A stretch of 64,000 nucleotides of DNA from the human T2T-CHM13v2.0 reference genome, Homo sapiens. Every line of letters begins with the position of its first letter. Position 1 is the first letter of the stretch. The translations under genes were made by a program, and so were the position numbers. The DNA lies in assembly GCF_009914755.1 (NCBI RefSeq), contig NC_060948.1, one strand, 5' to 3'. This document shows, in pieces, positions 28,381 to 42,608 of the stretch. The notes beneath the pieces were generated by a model, which was not told the origin of the DNA, did not search any database, and was given only the letters and a program-made list of their open reading frames with translations.

Positions 28381-28999
28381 TGATTTATGTGTTAATAAAG
28401 CCATTTAAAATACTTTAAGAACCAGATGGAAAGAGATATATTTACTTGGTACATTATAGATTAATACAATGAATCTACACAACACTTGAGTGTAATATCT
28501 GGGGGCTATTTTTTTCTTCCTGTTTTATCAACTGCTATGTCTTCAGAACCGTACGCAAAAGGTGCTCAATAAAGATCTGTTACTGTTTGTTTTTTAACTG
28601 TTAGTTCAAATACATCAGTACACATTATTTAACTAGACAAATTCCCATAGAATCAGAGGTTTTCTTTCTCTATAGTCTTTCTCTCTGTATATCCCTACAA
28701 TTGGGTTAGGAGAAAAGAAAGAAGGAAGGAAGTCTGGTCATTTGTGTTTCCTCATTGAAGGATGTATTCTTTTTTGATACAAACTTGTGCTTAGTAAAAA
28801 TAGTCAATTTCACAATCAAGATTGCAGACATCCAAAATATGATTGTAACAGACACTATTTGTTTCCACTGAATATACATTCCCCATATTTTTCTTTGTCA
28901 CAAATCCCCACTTCTGCTCAGGTATTAGATGACATTGGGTTCCTTCCCATTTCAGGAATAAATTGTGATTAGTGCAATCTTATTATGGTATTTTATTCC

Positions 29000-29424
29000 T
29001 ATAGTAGACAGTGTTCTCCAGAAAAAAAATAGAACCAATAGAACGTGTGTGTGGGTTCAGGGGAGGGGAGAGAGTTTACTTTAAGAAAGTGGCTGCAAAA
29101 CTGTGGAGGCTGGCAAGTCCCAGCTCTGCTGGTAGACCAGCAAGCAGACTAGACTCATGGAATAGTCTGTGTTTCAGCCCCAGTACTAAGGAGGTCAGTG
29201 GGCAGATTCCCTTTTTCTCAGAGAAGATCAGTCTTTTTCTTAAATCCTGGAAATGATTGCATGGGGCCCACCCACATTATAGAGGGCATTCTGCTTTATT
29301 CAAAGTCTGCTAACTTAAATATTAATCTCACCAAAAAATACCTTCACAGAAACATCCTAATATGTTTCACCAAATACACTGGTACATAGCCTATCCAAAT
29401 TGACACATAAAATTAACCTTCACA
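29000..29424 (-). mobile_element. MLT2 LTR (3' LTR of HERV-L)
   Basis: Reverse complement starts TGTGAAGGTTAATTTTATGTGTCAATTTG, matching MLT2; gttctccaga...agaaccaatag end. Confidence 0.85.
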
Positions 29425-29874
29425 AGTCTACCTTTTGTCAATTTGGCACTCATATGCATATCAAACTATAATCTCAAAATACACAAAATTACAAAGTTAT
29501 ACTTCTGCTTAACATGATACATTTTACTACATACAACTAAAAATGCACTAACATTTTCTCCAGAAAAGGATGCAAAATCTTTGTTTAATATTCACTTTTC
29601 TTCTTGATATTCTAGAATTTAATTACTATAATATACAGTTAAAAATGCTTAAATATTATGCTGTTAAATAAAAATACCTTATATTATATAAAAAGAGGAT
29701 TAGATATAGAAGAAAAATGATATTTACTGAACATTATATAGATAGTTGAATGTATATATGTATATATATTTCTACTCATATATATATATAAATATGTTTG
29801 CAGTAAAATAAGAAAAACTATTTACGACAATTACATCCTCATTTCTGTAACTCATCATACAGTCATGGAATATA

Positions 29875-30173
29875 CAGGCAGTCTCCAACTTACAATTGTT
29901 TTGCTGGCAATTTTTCGACTTGATGATGATGTGAGAGTGATACACAATCAGTAAAAATCATACTTTAAATTTTGAAATTTGATATTTTCCCAAGCTGGCA
30001 ATATGTTGTATGATACTGTCTCATAATACTGTTCTGAGCATTTTTAAGGTAGGCTAAGCTGAGCTATGCTGTATGGTAGGTTATGTGTATTAAATGCATT
30101 TTTCATTTACAATATTTTCAACTTATAATGGATTTATCAGGATGTAACCCCATTATAAGTCAAGGAGCATTTC
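29875..30173. mobile_element. Tigger4-like TcMar DNA transposon
   Basis: TA-flanked; TIRs caggcagtctccaacttac / ataagtcaaggagcat. Confidence 0.75.
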
Positions 30174-32895
30174 TATTTACAACTACAATCTCCTACTACC
30201 CATTTAACATTTCCTTTGCCTTCAGCAAACACCTCAGTTGTTGGTCATGGGTATTTACCTGGTGGGGTAAACAAAACTTCATTTCAGGAATGTCTGCTTT
30301 ATTAGCAGTTTTGTCTGAATTGGGTTGTTGCAGTTTTCCATTCACTTTAAACATAGCAAATGGTGACACTAAGAGATACTCCAAGGGATCTCCTGTATTT
30401 CAGACTCCTGTATTCTTATGGTATTGTTAAGTAGCAGTTTAATTTCCCGGTAATCAGGATCAATCACCTCAACCAGCACAATAACTCACTTATTTGTCTA
30501 TTGATTCAATGGGATAAGTATCTCAAAGTAGCCAGGTAGTATTCTTAACTTCAAGTACAATGTAATCATTATTGTGCCTCCTGGCAGAAGTATTTTCCCT
30601 TTGGAAATAAGACTTTTAGGCCAGCAGAGCATAAGGTCACGGCAACAGGAAGCAAAGTGGATCATTAGGGGTAATAGCTAATCGTGCCACTACCAATTCC
30701 ACTCCTTGAATGCTGGACACAGAAATCCTAGCTATGGGAGAAACAGCACCAAATTAGATGCTGATTCAGAGCATAAACATTGTCCTGAAGAATCTTACCC
30801 CAGCCTTTCAAGATAGTAACCCTAGTTGGCATAGTAACTGAGTCATCAAAAGGCCATTCCACTGTTCTATTAAGCCTGCTGCTTTATAATGGTGAGAAAC
30901 ATAGTAAGACGAATAAATTCCATAAGCATAGGCCCATTGCCACACCTTATTTGCTGTGAAGTAGGTTTCTTGATACAAAGCAATAAGTATGGAATACATG
31001 GTAAGGCATTCTGTGAGTCCACAGATGGTAGTTTTAGCAGAAGCATTGCACATGCGGGAAAGGAACATCCATTTCCAGAATGAGTTTAAGTTCCAGCAAG
31101 GAAAAAAGAAGAAAAAAAAAAAAACAAAAAAACACTACCCTTTCCATAATGGAAGTGTTCCAATGTAATCTACTTGCTGATCTCCCCAAGGAAGGGTGCT
31201 ATATCAGAGACTTGGTGTTGGTGTCTGATGCTAGCAGATTGGGCACTCAGGAGTGGCCATAGCCAGGTCAGCCTTGGTGAATGGAAGGCCATGTTGCTGA
31301 GCCCAGACATAAACTCTATCCCTGTCAGCATAGCCACTTTATTCATGAGCTCACTGGGGGATTATAGGGGTGGCTAGGAAAGAGGCTATCTGGTATCCTC
31401 CACAGAATGGGTGATCTTATCTACTTGATTGTTAAAAAATTTCTCTACTAAGGTCATCCATTGTTGAGCATTTATACGGAATACAAATATCTTCAAATTC
31501 TTCACCCATTCTGAGAGGTCTATCCACATACCTTTTCCCCAGACTTCCTTGACAACTATTTTCAAATGATGTTCTATAAATTTTCTAACCTTTAAGCCAA
31601 ACCATTGCCATGAGTTGACACATAACTGCAAATCTGGCCATTTCTTCTTCCAAACAAAGTAAACAGCCAGGTGCACTTCTTGAGGTTCTGCCCATTAGGA
31701 GGATTTTTCTTCAATACTGCTTTTCAGGTATGTCCAGAAAGGAGCTGCAGTTCTCTAACTATCAACTTTTACGTAATGCCTACATATCACACAGAACCAT
31801 TTGCAAACCAGGCCCAGGTCTTCCCTTCCCCTATCAAATGATCATAGGAAACTTCCTAATAGGCCATAGGGGCAGGTTGGGAGAGACAAGGCAATGCTGC
31901 AGGAGTGGGGACCATAGGCATTTAGGTCACTGCTTCATATAACACATCTTTGCATTTAGAGCCTGCTGAAACTCAATCTGGAGTTATTGCTTTCATTTCA
32001 TAATGAAGTGCTGCTATACTTCCTTAACCTTATGGCTTGGTATTTCAGAGACTATTTAGTTAGTTATGGGCAGCTTCAGTTACATGGTAACTTGGTGGCT
32101 TGTGGTTAAGCATTCAGTCTTTGCCATGGCCCAATAGTGAGTCAAGGGCTGTCTCTCAAAAGAAAAGTAGTTATCTGCAGAGAATAGCAGAGTTTCCTAC
32201 AAATTCCTGAGGCCCTGCACTGTGATTTATCTATAAGGTCCTACCAAAGGCTCCAAACAGCATCCCTGTCTGACATGAACATTTCAAGCTCCATTTTATT
32301 TGCTGCATCATATAGCTCAAGTGACAGAGCAGCATGCACAGCACCCTGCACCTGCTGCAGAGTCTTCTCTTGTTCTGAGCTCTACTCAAAACTGACAGCT
32401 TTTTGGGTTACTCAATAAATAGGCCAAGATAGCATACACGAATGAGGAATATGTTGCCTTTAAAATTCAAAAAGGTTCACTAAGCATTGTGCAACTTTTT
32501 TGGTTGTGGGAGGGGTCTCATGCAAAAACTTATTCTTCAGCTTATAAGGGATATATTTACATGACACAAACACAGTACTATGGCTATTTCGCTCTGGTAA
32601 AGGTCTCTGATGTGTATTGAGATTTATTTTCTACTCTCTCACCAATATCTTACCATTTATTGTAGAATTATCGCTACCTCTTGTTCTATAGATCCAATCA
32701 GCATAATGATACTAGTGTATTTGACCAGTGTGACTTCTTATAGAAGAAAAAGGTGATCAAAATCTCTGAAAAATTATGACATAAGACAGAATAGCTAATA
32801 TACCCCCTGAGTTAGGACAGTGACCTTTTATTGTTGGTCATACAAGCTGAAATTAAGCTGCTTCTCATGGCTCTTACTAAAAGGTAAAGAGATAA

Positions 32896-33475
<580 letters not shown>

Positions 33476-33519
33476 TCTCTTTTTGTTTTCTATTCTTCCA
33501 GGTAGTGGCAGTTCTACTG

Positions 33520-33880
33520 TGATATGGATTGGCTCTGTGTCCCCACCCAAATATCATCTGGAATTGTAATCCCCACATGTCAACGGAGGGAGGTGACTGG
33601 ATCATGGTGGCGGTTTCCCTCATACTGTTCTCATGATAGTGAGTGAGTTCTCATGAGATCTGATGGTTTTATAAGCATCCGGCATTTCCCTTGCTCACTC
33701 TTCTCTCTCTTGCTACCATGTGAAGACGGTCCTTGCTTCCCGTTCACCTTCTGCCATGATTGTAAATTTCCCGAGGCCTCCCCAGCCATGGAGAACTGTG
33801 AGTCAATTAAGCCTCTTTCCTTCATAAATTACCCAATCTTGGGTAGTATCTTTATAGCAGTGTGAGAATGTACTAATACA
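33520..33880 (+). mobile_element. MaLR solo LTR (THE1D/MSTA-like)
   Basis: tgatatggattggctctgtgtccccacccaaat...actaataca; 5-bp TSD tactg. Confidence 0.9.
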
Positions 33881-36010
33881 TACTGGCTCCCACCTGACCT
33901 TTCCTACCATAATGACCTTCATTCCACAAGTCAGGGAACCCATGTGGGGACTGTGCCAGTTCCTGAGATTATCTATACCAATTATAGATTATGAAACTAG
34001 GGAATTAAGCACAGAATGATTTGGGGCACCCTCTAGATCCTGAAGGTGGACCAGAGCTAAAACATCATTGATCATCTGACCTCTATAAGTTCTTACTTTG
34101 GTGCATCAGAGTGATGTTATTAGTGTCAGTTCAGAGCCAGTATGCAGTAATTCCTGAAAGTTTCTGATTATGTCATTTTTCTCACTGCACAGACATCATA
34201 GTGAAAGGACATAAATCTCTTGGAAGAATGCTTGTAGTAAGATTAACTGTGTAAATTTTTGGCAATGTAACAGACTCTTTTCTCAAGTGGACCCAGTCTT
34301 TCTTTCATTAAAGGGGTTCTGGGTCTGTAAACTGGCTTCATGTCTGGGAACTGATTAAGAGGTCACAACTACTATCTCTTTTTACGATTCAGGCTAGATG
34401 TTTGTTCACTTTACCTAAACATTTTCTATTTATACAGATAAAGTAAGAATTTAGTAGGTTTCCTATCAATTTCACATTTAGAAACACTGTGATTAAATAC
34501 CCAACACCATAGGTCTCTTCAAGTCAGATTATTCTGATTACTTCTTTGACTCTGATGTCCATTATAGTAACCATGCCCACTTTTTTGGGGGGAATTGAGT
34601 GCTGCCACTTGACCCCTGCCACCTTAAGATCCAATTTCCCTTACTGCATTTAGATTTCCCAATTTGGTGGCAGTAGTTTCCAATGTAAGTTCTGACTCAC
34701 AGAGAAGAATGACCATAGAGGTGTTCAAGGATGCTAAAGCTCCCCTAACATTTTTTTTTTCTCATGGTAAAAGATTTGTTATTTGGACCCTACTGACATG
34801 GATGAGCAGGTCTTAAAAGACAAATGCACTGTTACATTCCAATCTCTCTAAGTGCTTTAGTTCCTTCACCCACAGCATACCAAAAAAAAAAGTTTTGACA
34901 TCTCTCCTTCATTTGCTGAGGGCCACCTTTTGGTCCATGTTTCAGACAGCCAACCAAATCAACTACTGAAGCCCTTTATAAATTCCTGGGCTACAACCTT
35001 AATTTGAGAATCTCTGTTTGGTGGGCTCATATCAATAAATTTAGCCTAATCCAACTTTAAGTTTCTTCCACCATGATCTCACATGTGTAAATTGGAAAAA
35101 AAAATGTAGTTCTTTTGAAGTGTAACACACCTCATGAATTACACTTTGTATTTCACCTTTCAGTCCCTTCTGGGACTTGAGTCTAGTTATAGGTATAGAA
35201 GTAAAGAGTAGTGTTGAGGGTGGATCATGAGAAGAAGCAGTATCTTGCAAGGCAGTTACCTTAGGGGAGCCATTACAGTTTCCTTAGGCAGTGTAGGATT
35301 AATCTCCTTAGATGGGGTTGCAGAGGCTTCTCCACTTACAGAGAAGACTCATGAAAATTTAAGGACTCAGCATCCTTAGGTTCATCACAGTCTGCCCTGA
35401 TATCCCATTTCAAGTTTCAGGATTCCATTTCTTTCCAATCAATCATCTCACTTTAACAGCAGACATTTTCTGAGGTTTGAAATTCAGTTTGGGTTGTGAT
35501 TCAGCCACTTACCAAATGAAACTCTTGGTTTGTTTTCCAGCAATCTCATCTCTGAGGGTACAAACAATAAGCGTTTATTTCAGGGCAGACATGGAAACTT
35601 TCCGGTCATTTATGTAACACATAGGCTGACACATAAATACCTGAGCTTATGCTCTGTTTTCTCCACTTTGTTCAGCAAGATTAGGAGTAACCAGCCTGTT
35701 TCCTTATATTCATTAGTTTGTTAAGAATGTTCTAAAATACCAAATACATAGTCATTCAAAATCTTGCCTCTTATAAGTATTTGATTGGGAGTATCCAATT
35801 GTGATATTTTGTGTATTTTTATTGCCACAATATGCCATGGACTCTCAGTACTCTCCTCAACTTTGGAAATATAGTCATTACTATTTGAGAGCACAGCAGT
35901 GTCTATAAATTTAAATTGATTAGAGAACTAATTCAAGAAACTCCAGAAGCTATTCAGAAAACTCATCCTTAAAACTCTGTCCCTCTAGAACCATTTTTGG
36001 TAACAAAAGC

Positions 36011-36258
36011 TGTAGTTGTCATGGTTCTCCAAAGAAAGAGAACCAACAGGATATTTACAGGTGTAGATATATAAATATATACATAGTATCCATTTATGTA
36101 TCTATCTACCTGTATGTATCTATCTATCTGTCTACTAAGAGAGAGATTTTTAAGACTTTGGTTCACATGATTATGTGGTTGCAGAAGCTGGAAAGTCAGA
36201 AAGGTAAATTGGCAGGCTAAAGACTAAGGGAAGAGTTGATCTTGCAGCTGGAGACTGC
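36011..36258 (-). mobile_element. MLT2 5' LTR, truncated
   Basis: tgtagttgtcatggttctccaaagaaagagaaccaacagg parallels 29000-29040; followed abruptly by an L1 ORF2 piece. Confidence 0.75.
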
Positions 36259-36349
36259 CCAACTGTTATTGAAAAAAGCACAAATGCAACCTAATGGAGG
36301 AAGAATATCCTTTTCAATAAATAGTGTTGGAAAAATTGGACATCCATAG

Positions 36350-36685
<336 letters not shown>

Positions 36686-37726
36686 AGGAAAACTAGTTTG
36701 AAAACCAGAAATATTAGATGTTTCTCCTAGCTGAAATCTGTTAAGAGATTTTAAAAATATTTTTTCAAAAAGATCTCTATGGTCAAAGGTCAGCTTAATT
36801 AAAAGCTGATGTTCAGGTTATACTTAAAAAAAAAAAAAAGGCCCTTCTCTTTTTCTCTGTTTTTGAATTATATTTCTTCCGTGGGAACTTCTAAGTCAAC
36901 TGAACCCCTTATTCTTGAAGCTTAGCTAACTAGAACTTTATTGGCCTTTATAGAAAACTTGAAATTTCCCTAATCTGGTTCCTCTAAGACTAATTCAATA
37001 TGTTTCTCCCCCTTTTTTCCTTTTGCTGGCTTTTTTCAGCCCATGCTTTCTCCATTTGGTGGTCAATGAATAAGAATTACTAAAGCAAAACCTTAGAGTT
37101 CTGGCTACCATATGGAGGGAACTAAAGTAAGACTTGTAGCATCTTTGAGATCATTTGAGGAACACAAAATGGACACCACTAAACCCTTTTTAGAGATCCT
37201 CTCTTTCTCCTGGAGTCCCAAGTGTCATGGATGGGTTCCTCCAAAGTGTAAAGCTCTTTTGTCTTCTGCCTTGAGTTCCGTGATCTCTGGCTTTTGGGAG
37301 TACAAAGGGTTATTTTATAGTGTGAGAGAACACTAGAACTTTGAGTTTACAGTCATTAAAAAGTCACTGTCAAGAGCTGCAATTTTCAAGGTAACTGACA
37401 GTGGTGGCAAAAAATGGTTGTTACAGGGAAAATCTCTGGCTTCCTGTCCTCTTAGTTTCTTCACATGCTTAGATTAAAAAAAAACAGTCTCAGATGTCTG
37501 ATCAAGTCAGATAGAAATTGGCAGTAAATAGCAATGGTATCTGAATTTTCTCGTATGCTAATTTGTCTAATTATTTGTAAAATCCTGTATTACATTCCTA
37601 TGATTTTTTTTGCTACCATTTTTTAAATTATCCTGTGTCTCATCGGTCTCATCTAACTGAAACACTTGAACTTAATTCTCCCACTCACCTGGCCCTTTAT
37701 CAGGGCTTTCCCAGAGAGTGGCTAGC

Positions 37727-37890
37727 TTTTTTTCTAAAATTTTTGTGGGTATATAGTAGGTGTACATATTTATGGGGTACATGATATATTTTGATACAGG
37801 CATACAATGTGAAATAAGCACATCTTGGAGAATGGGGTATCCATTCCCACAGCATTTATCCATTGAGTTGCAAACAATCCAATTACACTC
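37727..37890 (-). mobile_element. L1MA 3' end fragment
   Basis: Same motif set as 28107-28270. Confidence 0.8.
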
Positions 37891-38730
37891 TTGATAAATC
37901 TGCCAGGCCAGGGCTGGAGTTTATAACCACCTTCCAGAGAAAAACCTGAAGACCAAATTAGAAAAAAATGCAACAAATTCACCCAGATGAATTTTGGAAA
38001 CATTCAAACCTAAAATCTAGTCCACAGCCTACATACATTTATTTTAATAGTAGACAATATATCTTACAGTCTTTTTTGAAGATAAAATTAAAAAAAAAAC
38101 TAATGCAAATGCATTTTAGTTTAAGTGATCTGAGATAACCTTTGGTAAATAAAGCTAGATTTAAAACTCTGAACTAAAAGTAAAAATGTCTTCAGAAGTG
38201 TCAGAATTTATTATTATACAAGCATACTTTTTTAAACCTAGAGTTCCTATTCAAGCAAGCTTGTTACCTCCTGGATATTTAAAGGAGAGGAAAAAACCAG
38301 GTTTAAATTTTAGCTTTTCGTTATCTCTGCTTTTATAATATTGTTGATGCATTCTTGATTTGTCTCAGGAGGAGGAACCTGAGGAGGCTGGATGCTGGGC
38401 TCCCAGAAAACATACATCTTGTTGTGAGCTTATGTACTTAATTTTGAGCCTCTGTATTCTGGGATCTAGACAGATCACCATTGTCAATCCTGGGGACGTG
38501 AGTGTGCTTAAAGCACCTGGGCCACCAGCTGCAGGGCAGAATCTAGCCTGGTATGACCACATCCTGCCTCCAGTGATTCAGATGCATGAGTTAGGATGAG
38601 ACTGGCTGATTTAGAGTTAACTTTGCTTTGCTTTTTCAAAAGAAAATAACTTTTAAAAAGCTACCTCTGTTTTCTATGAGCAATTAAAATATAATTGTTA
38701 AAAATAAGGAATTTATTTTATTTTATTTTT

Positions 38731-38912
38731 CAAGATGGCACATTAGACGCATTGCTAGCATACCTCTCTCAATTGAAAGGACAAAATAGTGCATAGAGAA
38801 TCATATTGTGAATGTTTTCAAGAAGCAATGCAGGTACTGAACAGGAACTCAAGGACCTTTTGAAAGGTCTGTAGATACCACCTTACTCCTGTGGGAACGC
38901 TCATTATTAAAT

Positions 38913-38951
<39 letters not shown>

Positions 38952-39930
38952 ATCTGTATTGGCGTGGATGTAGGGGAAAGGGAATGCTTATACATTGCTG
39001 GTGGGAATGTAAATTAGAACAAGCTCTATGGAAAACAATATGAAGATTCCCTAAAGAGCTAAAACTAGACCTACTATACAACTGAGCAATCTCACAACTG
39101 GGTATCTACCCAAGGGAAAAAAAGTCATTATGTGAAAAAGAAACTTGCACATGTATGTTTATAACAGCACAGTTTACAATTGCAAAGATGTGGAACCAAC
39201 CTAAGTGCCCATTGACTAATGAGTGGATGAAGAAAATGTGGTATATATACTTAGATTCCTACTTAGCCATTAAAAGGAAGAGAATAATGTCCTTTGCAGC
39301 AACTTCGATGGAGCTGGAGGCCATTATTCTAAGTGAAGTAACACGGGGGTGGTAAGCCGAAAACTATATGTTCTCACTCATAATTGGGAGCTAAGCTATC
39401 AATATGCAAAGGCATACAGAGTGATATAATGGACTTTAGAGACTCAGAAGGGGGAGGGTAGGAGGGGAGCTAGGGATAAAAACAGTACACATTAGTTACA
39501 ATGTGCACTACTTGAGTTATGGGTGCACCAAAATCTTAGAATTCACCACTGTAGGGAACTGAACAGTGAGAACACTTGGACACAGGGTGGGGAACAGCAC
39601 ACACCAGGGCCTGTAGTGGGGTTGGGGGAGGGGGGAGGGATAGCATTAGGAGATATACCTAATGTAAATGATGAGTTAACACGTACATGTATACATATGT
39701 AACATGGCACATGTATACATATGGCACATGGCACATGTATACATATGTAACAAACCTGGCACACATATACATGGCACATGTATACACATGTAACAAACCT
39801 GCACCTGCACATTGTGCACATGTACCATAGAACTTAAAGTGTAATAAAAAAAAGAATTTACCACTGTATAATTCATCCATGTAACAGAAGACCACTTGTA
39901 CCCCAAAATATATTAAAATAAAATGAAAAT
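38731..39930 (+). mobile_element. L1 (L1PB4/L1MA1-2-like): ~140-bp 5' tip fused to the 3' end
   Basis: 38731-38867 matches the reverse complement of the L1 5' end at 58130-58278; then ORF2 C-terminus (MFITAQFTIAKMWNQPKCP...) and 3' UTR. Confidence 0.75.
39554..39852 (+). mobile_element. Short L1PA 3' UTR insertion
   Basis: gggaactgaacagtgagaacacttggacacagg...gaacttaaagtgtaataaaa; 16-bp TSD agaattcaccactgta/agaatttaccactgta. Confidence 0.9.
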
Positions 39931-40349
39931 TAACAAAACAAATTGTACCAGGCAAACAATAAAAAAAAGCAAATATAAACAAACATTTATATATTTGTAA
40001 GTGAAATTTGTTAGTTTCAAGAATCTTTTCAGTTATTTAAAATCTAAAAGTCATGTTATGTTACATTAAGTAGTAGATAGTCATAAAATATCTGAGGAAC
40101 TATTTTGTTTGTTTGTTTTTGGTTTCCACAGAAATTCATCTTAATAAATATTTAATTACTGAAATCATGTAGAGGTCTGACTTGTCTGGAAGCTCATCTA
40201 CAACAACACTTCCTGAAATGAGACATAACTGTTAACTGTTTAATTGGACTGGCCTATTTGGGGATTAAGAGGCAGAGACAATGGCTTATGAGACAACCCA
40301 CCAACCCAATTTCTAGACTTCGAATCTTTTTGTGGAAGTTTCAGATTGG

Positions 40350-41863
40350 AGAACATTGAGGCTCATAAAACAATACCCCCAAATTAAGATCTCAGAAGCA
40401 TAGGTTTTCTCTGTCCTTCTCCTGCACTCCTGTCTGTTACCCCCTCATTTTCCCCCAAGGGAAGCCATAGAAACTAAAATCCCTTTTCTCCAAGATGGGT
40501 CATAGAAACTAGAACTCCTTTTCCACATGAGACAGTTAACACTGTGTTTCCTTTCTGGAAGAGATGTTGTAGATGGGCTTCCACAAAAGTAAGGCCTCTG
40601 TATGATTTCAGCATTCAAATATTTAATGAGGCATTTCTATGGAAATATAATAAACAAAGATAAGTTAGGTAATAGTCATAAAACCTAAAAATGATTACCC
40701 TAACTTTCCTCTTCTTTCTGTGAAAGTATTTAGGGGTGGCAAATATCCAAGTCTCCCAACACCAGATATGTTACTGGTGGCAAATATCTGAGTCTCATGG
40801 CACCAAATATGTTAGGGGTGGAAGGTATTGGAGTTAAGGGTGGTGAATCCGTACAGGTCTGCAGCAACCTCAATTCTTGCCTCCTCGGAAGAAAGAATTC
40901 AACTGAGAGGCATAAGGCAGAAAAAGAGACCAAGGCAAGTTTCAGAGCAGTAGTGGAATTTTATTTAAAAAGGCTTTTGAACAGGAAAGAAAGGAAAGTA
41001 CGCTTGGAATAGACATAAGAGGGCATGTGAAGGTCAAGTGCCATCTTTAACCCTGATCCTAGAACTTTATAGACTGGCCCCTTTCCCGTGATTCTTCCCT
41101 TAGTGTGGGCTTCCTGTACATGCAGTACCCTTCTTACCCTTGGGAGGTGAGTACACGCAGTATTTTTAGGAAGTTGTATGCGTGCTCATCTGAGACTTTC
41201 TTCCCTTTTCTGGTGGAGTGTCCTCGGAAGGTCATACTCTGCCATTTTGTCTCTTAATGCACATGCCCAGGAAGTTGCATCTCTCTGGCACCTACAATTA
41301 ACACTTTAGTGCAACAGGTGTGGACCATAAAAAAAATGACCTCTCCCTGACACCGGCTGTCAATTTATCACTTTTACAATGTGATAATTGCTGAACAATT
41401 ACCCAACATTCCTAATGGGTGGAGAAAGAGCCCTCTCCTGGACCACTCCTCCTAACTGCCATAAAGAACTTATCTGACCTACTTTGTTTGATAGTAGGTC
41501 ATAAGAGCCCCTTTTAAAAGAGGGTCCTTACCTATATCCAGAAGGAAGAAATGCTGCACAGAGAGGCTAGGACAAATACGAACAGACGGGCTTTGCTGTT
41601 TCCCGACTCAGTCTATTAGCATTAGCTATTACTCTCTTTTCAGTCATGGCTCTGCACAGTTGACCATTTTTTATTAAACCTAAGCATAATAACGGACACC
41701 TTCACCCATATCTTTGGGTCTTTATTCTGAAGGTTCTCATGTAACATAAAACTGTGATTCAATATAATTATTTTGCTTCTCTCTTGTTAAACTGTCTTTG
41801 TTCTAAGGGTGTCAGCTGTGACCCTTATGGGGAGGAAAGAAATCACCCATTTTGCACCCCCAC
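40350..41863 (+). mobile_element. MER34/MER39-group LTR, interrupted by LTR9
   Basis: aaaacaatacccccaaat...ctcagaagc start; ...gcacccccaca end. Confidence 0.6.
40727..41465 (-). mobile_element. LTR9 (HUERS-P3) solo LTR
   Basis: ggtctgcagcaacctcaattcttgcctcctcggaagaaagaattc; homologous to 48478-49251. Confidence 0.75.
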
Positions 41864-41998
41864 AGGAAATTAGTTAACATATTATTTATTAATTTTTTGC
41901 TAAAATATATCTTATCAAATAACAGCTAGAGTGCAATTTAGCAGAAATGATGTTGGCATTACACAAATATAGAACATTTTTTATACACCTCTATATTT

Positions 41999-42608
41999 TG
42001 TGGGCTCAGAAACTGATATCCCAAAATATGGTGTTTTAATGTGCTGAACTTAAGAAGCCTCAAGTCTCGCTGACCTGTCCTCCACCACAGCCTCTCCCAA
42101 AGCATGGGACAAAGTTGTTATTTGAAGCTGCTCTATCGGCCCAAAGTCCAGACGCACCAGGGAGAACAATTGTTGTTGTTTTTCTCTTCCCTATTATATA
42201 ATTATTTATTGCCGAAAAGAAGACCAAGAATTTAACCACACAAGAACAGACTCTTATATAAGATAATGTCTGTCTCTCAAATGTATTCAAATTCCAAAGA
42301 GAACTATTTACCAGTTAATCTGTTCCCCATCCATTTATTCTTCCTGTTATTCAATTATTGCCCCTCACCATAATTCTTCTTCCTCCCTTTCAAAATCTGT
42401 TTTGCCAGGATCTGAGTCCCATTCTTTCTGTAACATCAAGCTGGTGTATAAGCTTCTTTGCCTTATTGGGGGGTTGGATCTTTGTTTCCTGTATAAACAT
42501 TGAATAAATTTGTATGCCTTTTCTCTTATTAATCAACGTGTCTCATGTCGGTGATTTTCAGCCAACCTTAAGAGGGCAAAGAGGAATTGTCCCCTTGGCT
42601 ACCCTACA
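41999..42608 (+). mobile_element. MER34/MER39-group solo LTR
   Basis: tgtgggctcagaaactgatatcccaaaatatgg...aataaa...ccctaca; similar to 46110-46240/47590-47945. Confidence 0.7.

Larger units (their letters stand above)
36690..40340 (+). mobile_element. MER4-group ERV internal remnant (interrupted by L1 pieces at 37727-37890 and 38731-39930)
   Basis: 36765-36816 (ctatggtcaaaggtcagcttaattaaaagctgatgttca) is similar to the reverse complement of MER41-int 12391-12445; leads into an LTR at ~40350. Confidence 0.55.

Noticed and set aside
39615-39640. G-quadruplex motif
   Set aside because: Standard G-rich tract of all L1PA 3' UTRs
40727-40850. ~42-bp tandem units (ggtggcaaatatc...)
   Set aside because: Variable U5 repeats of LTR9; the same unit starts the copy at 48478
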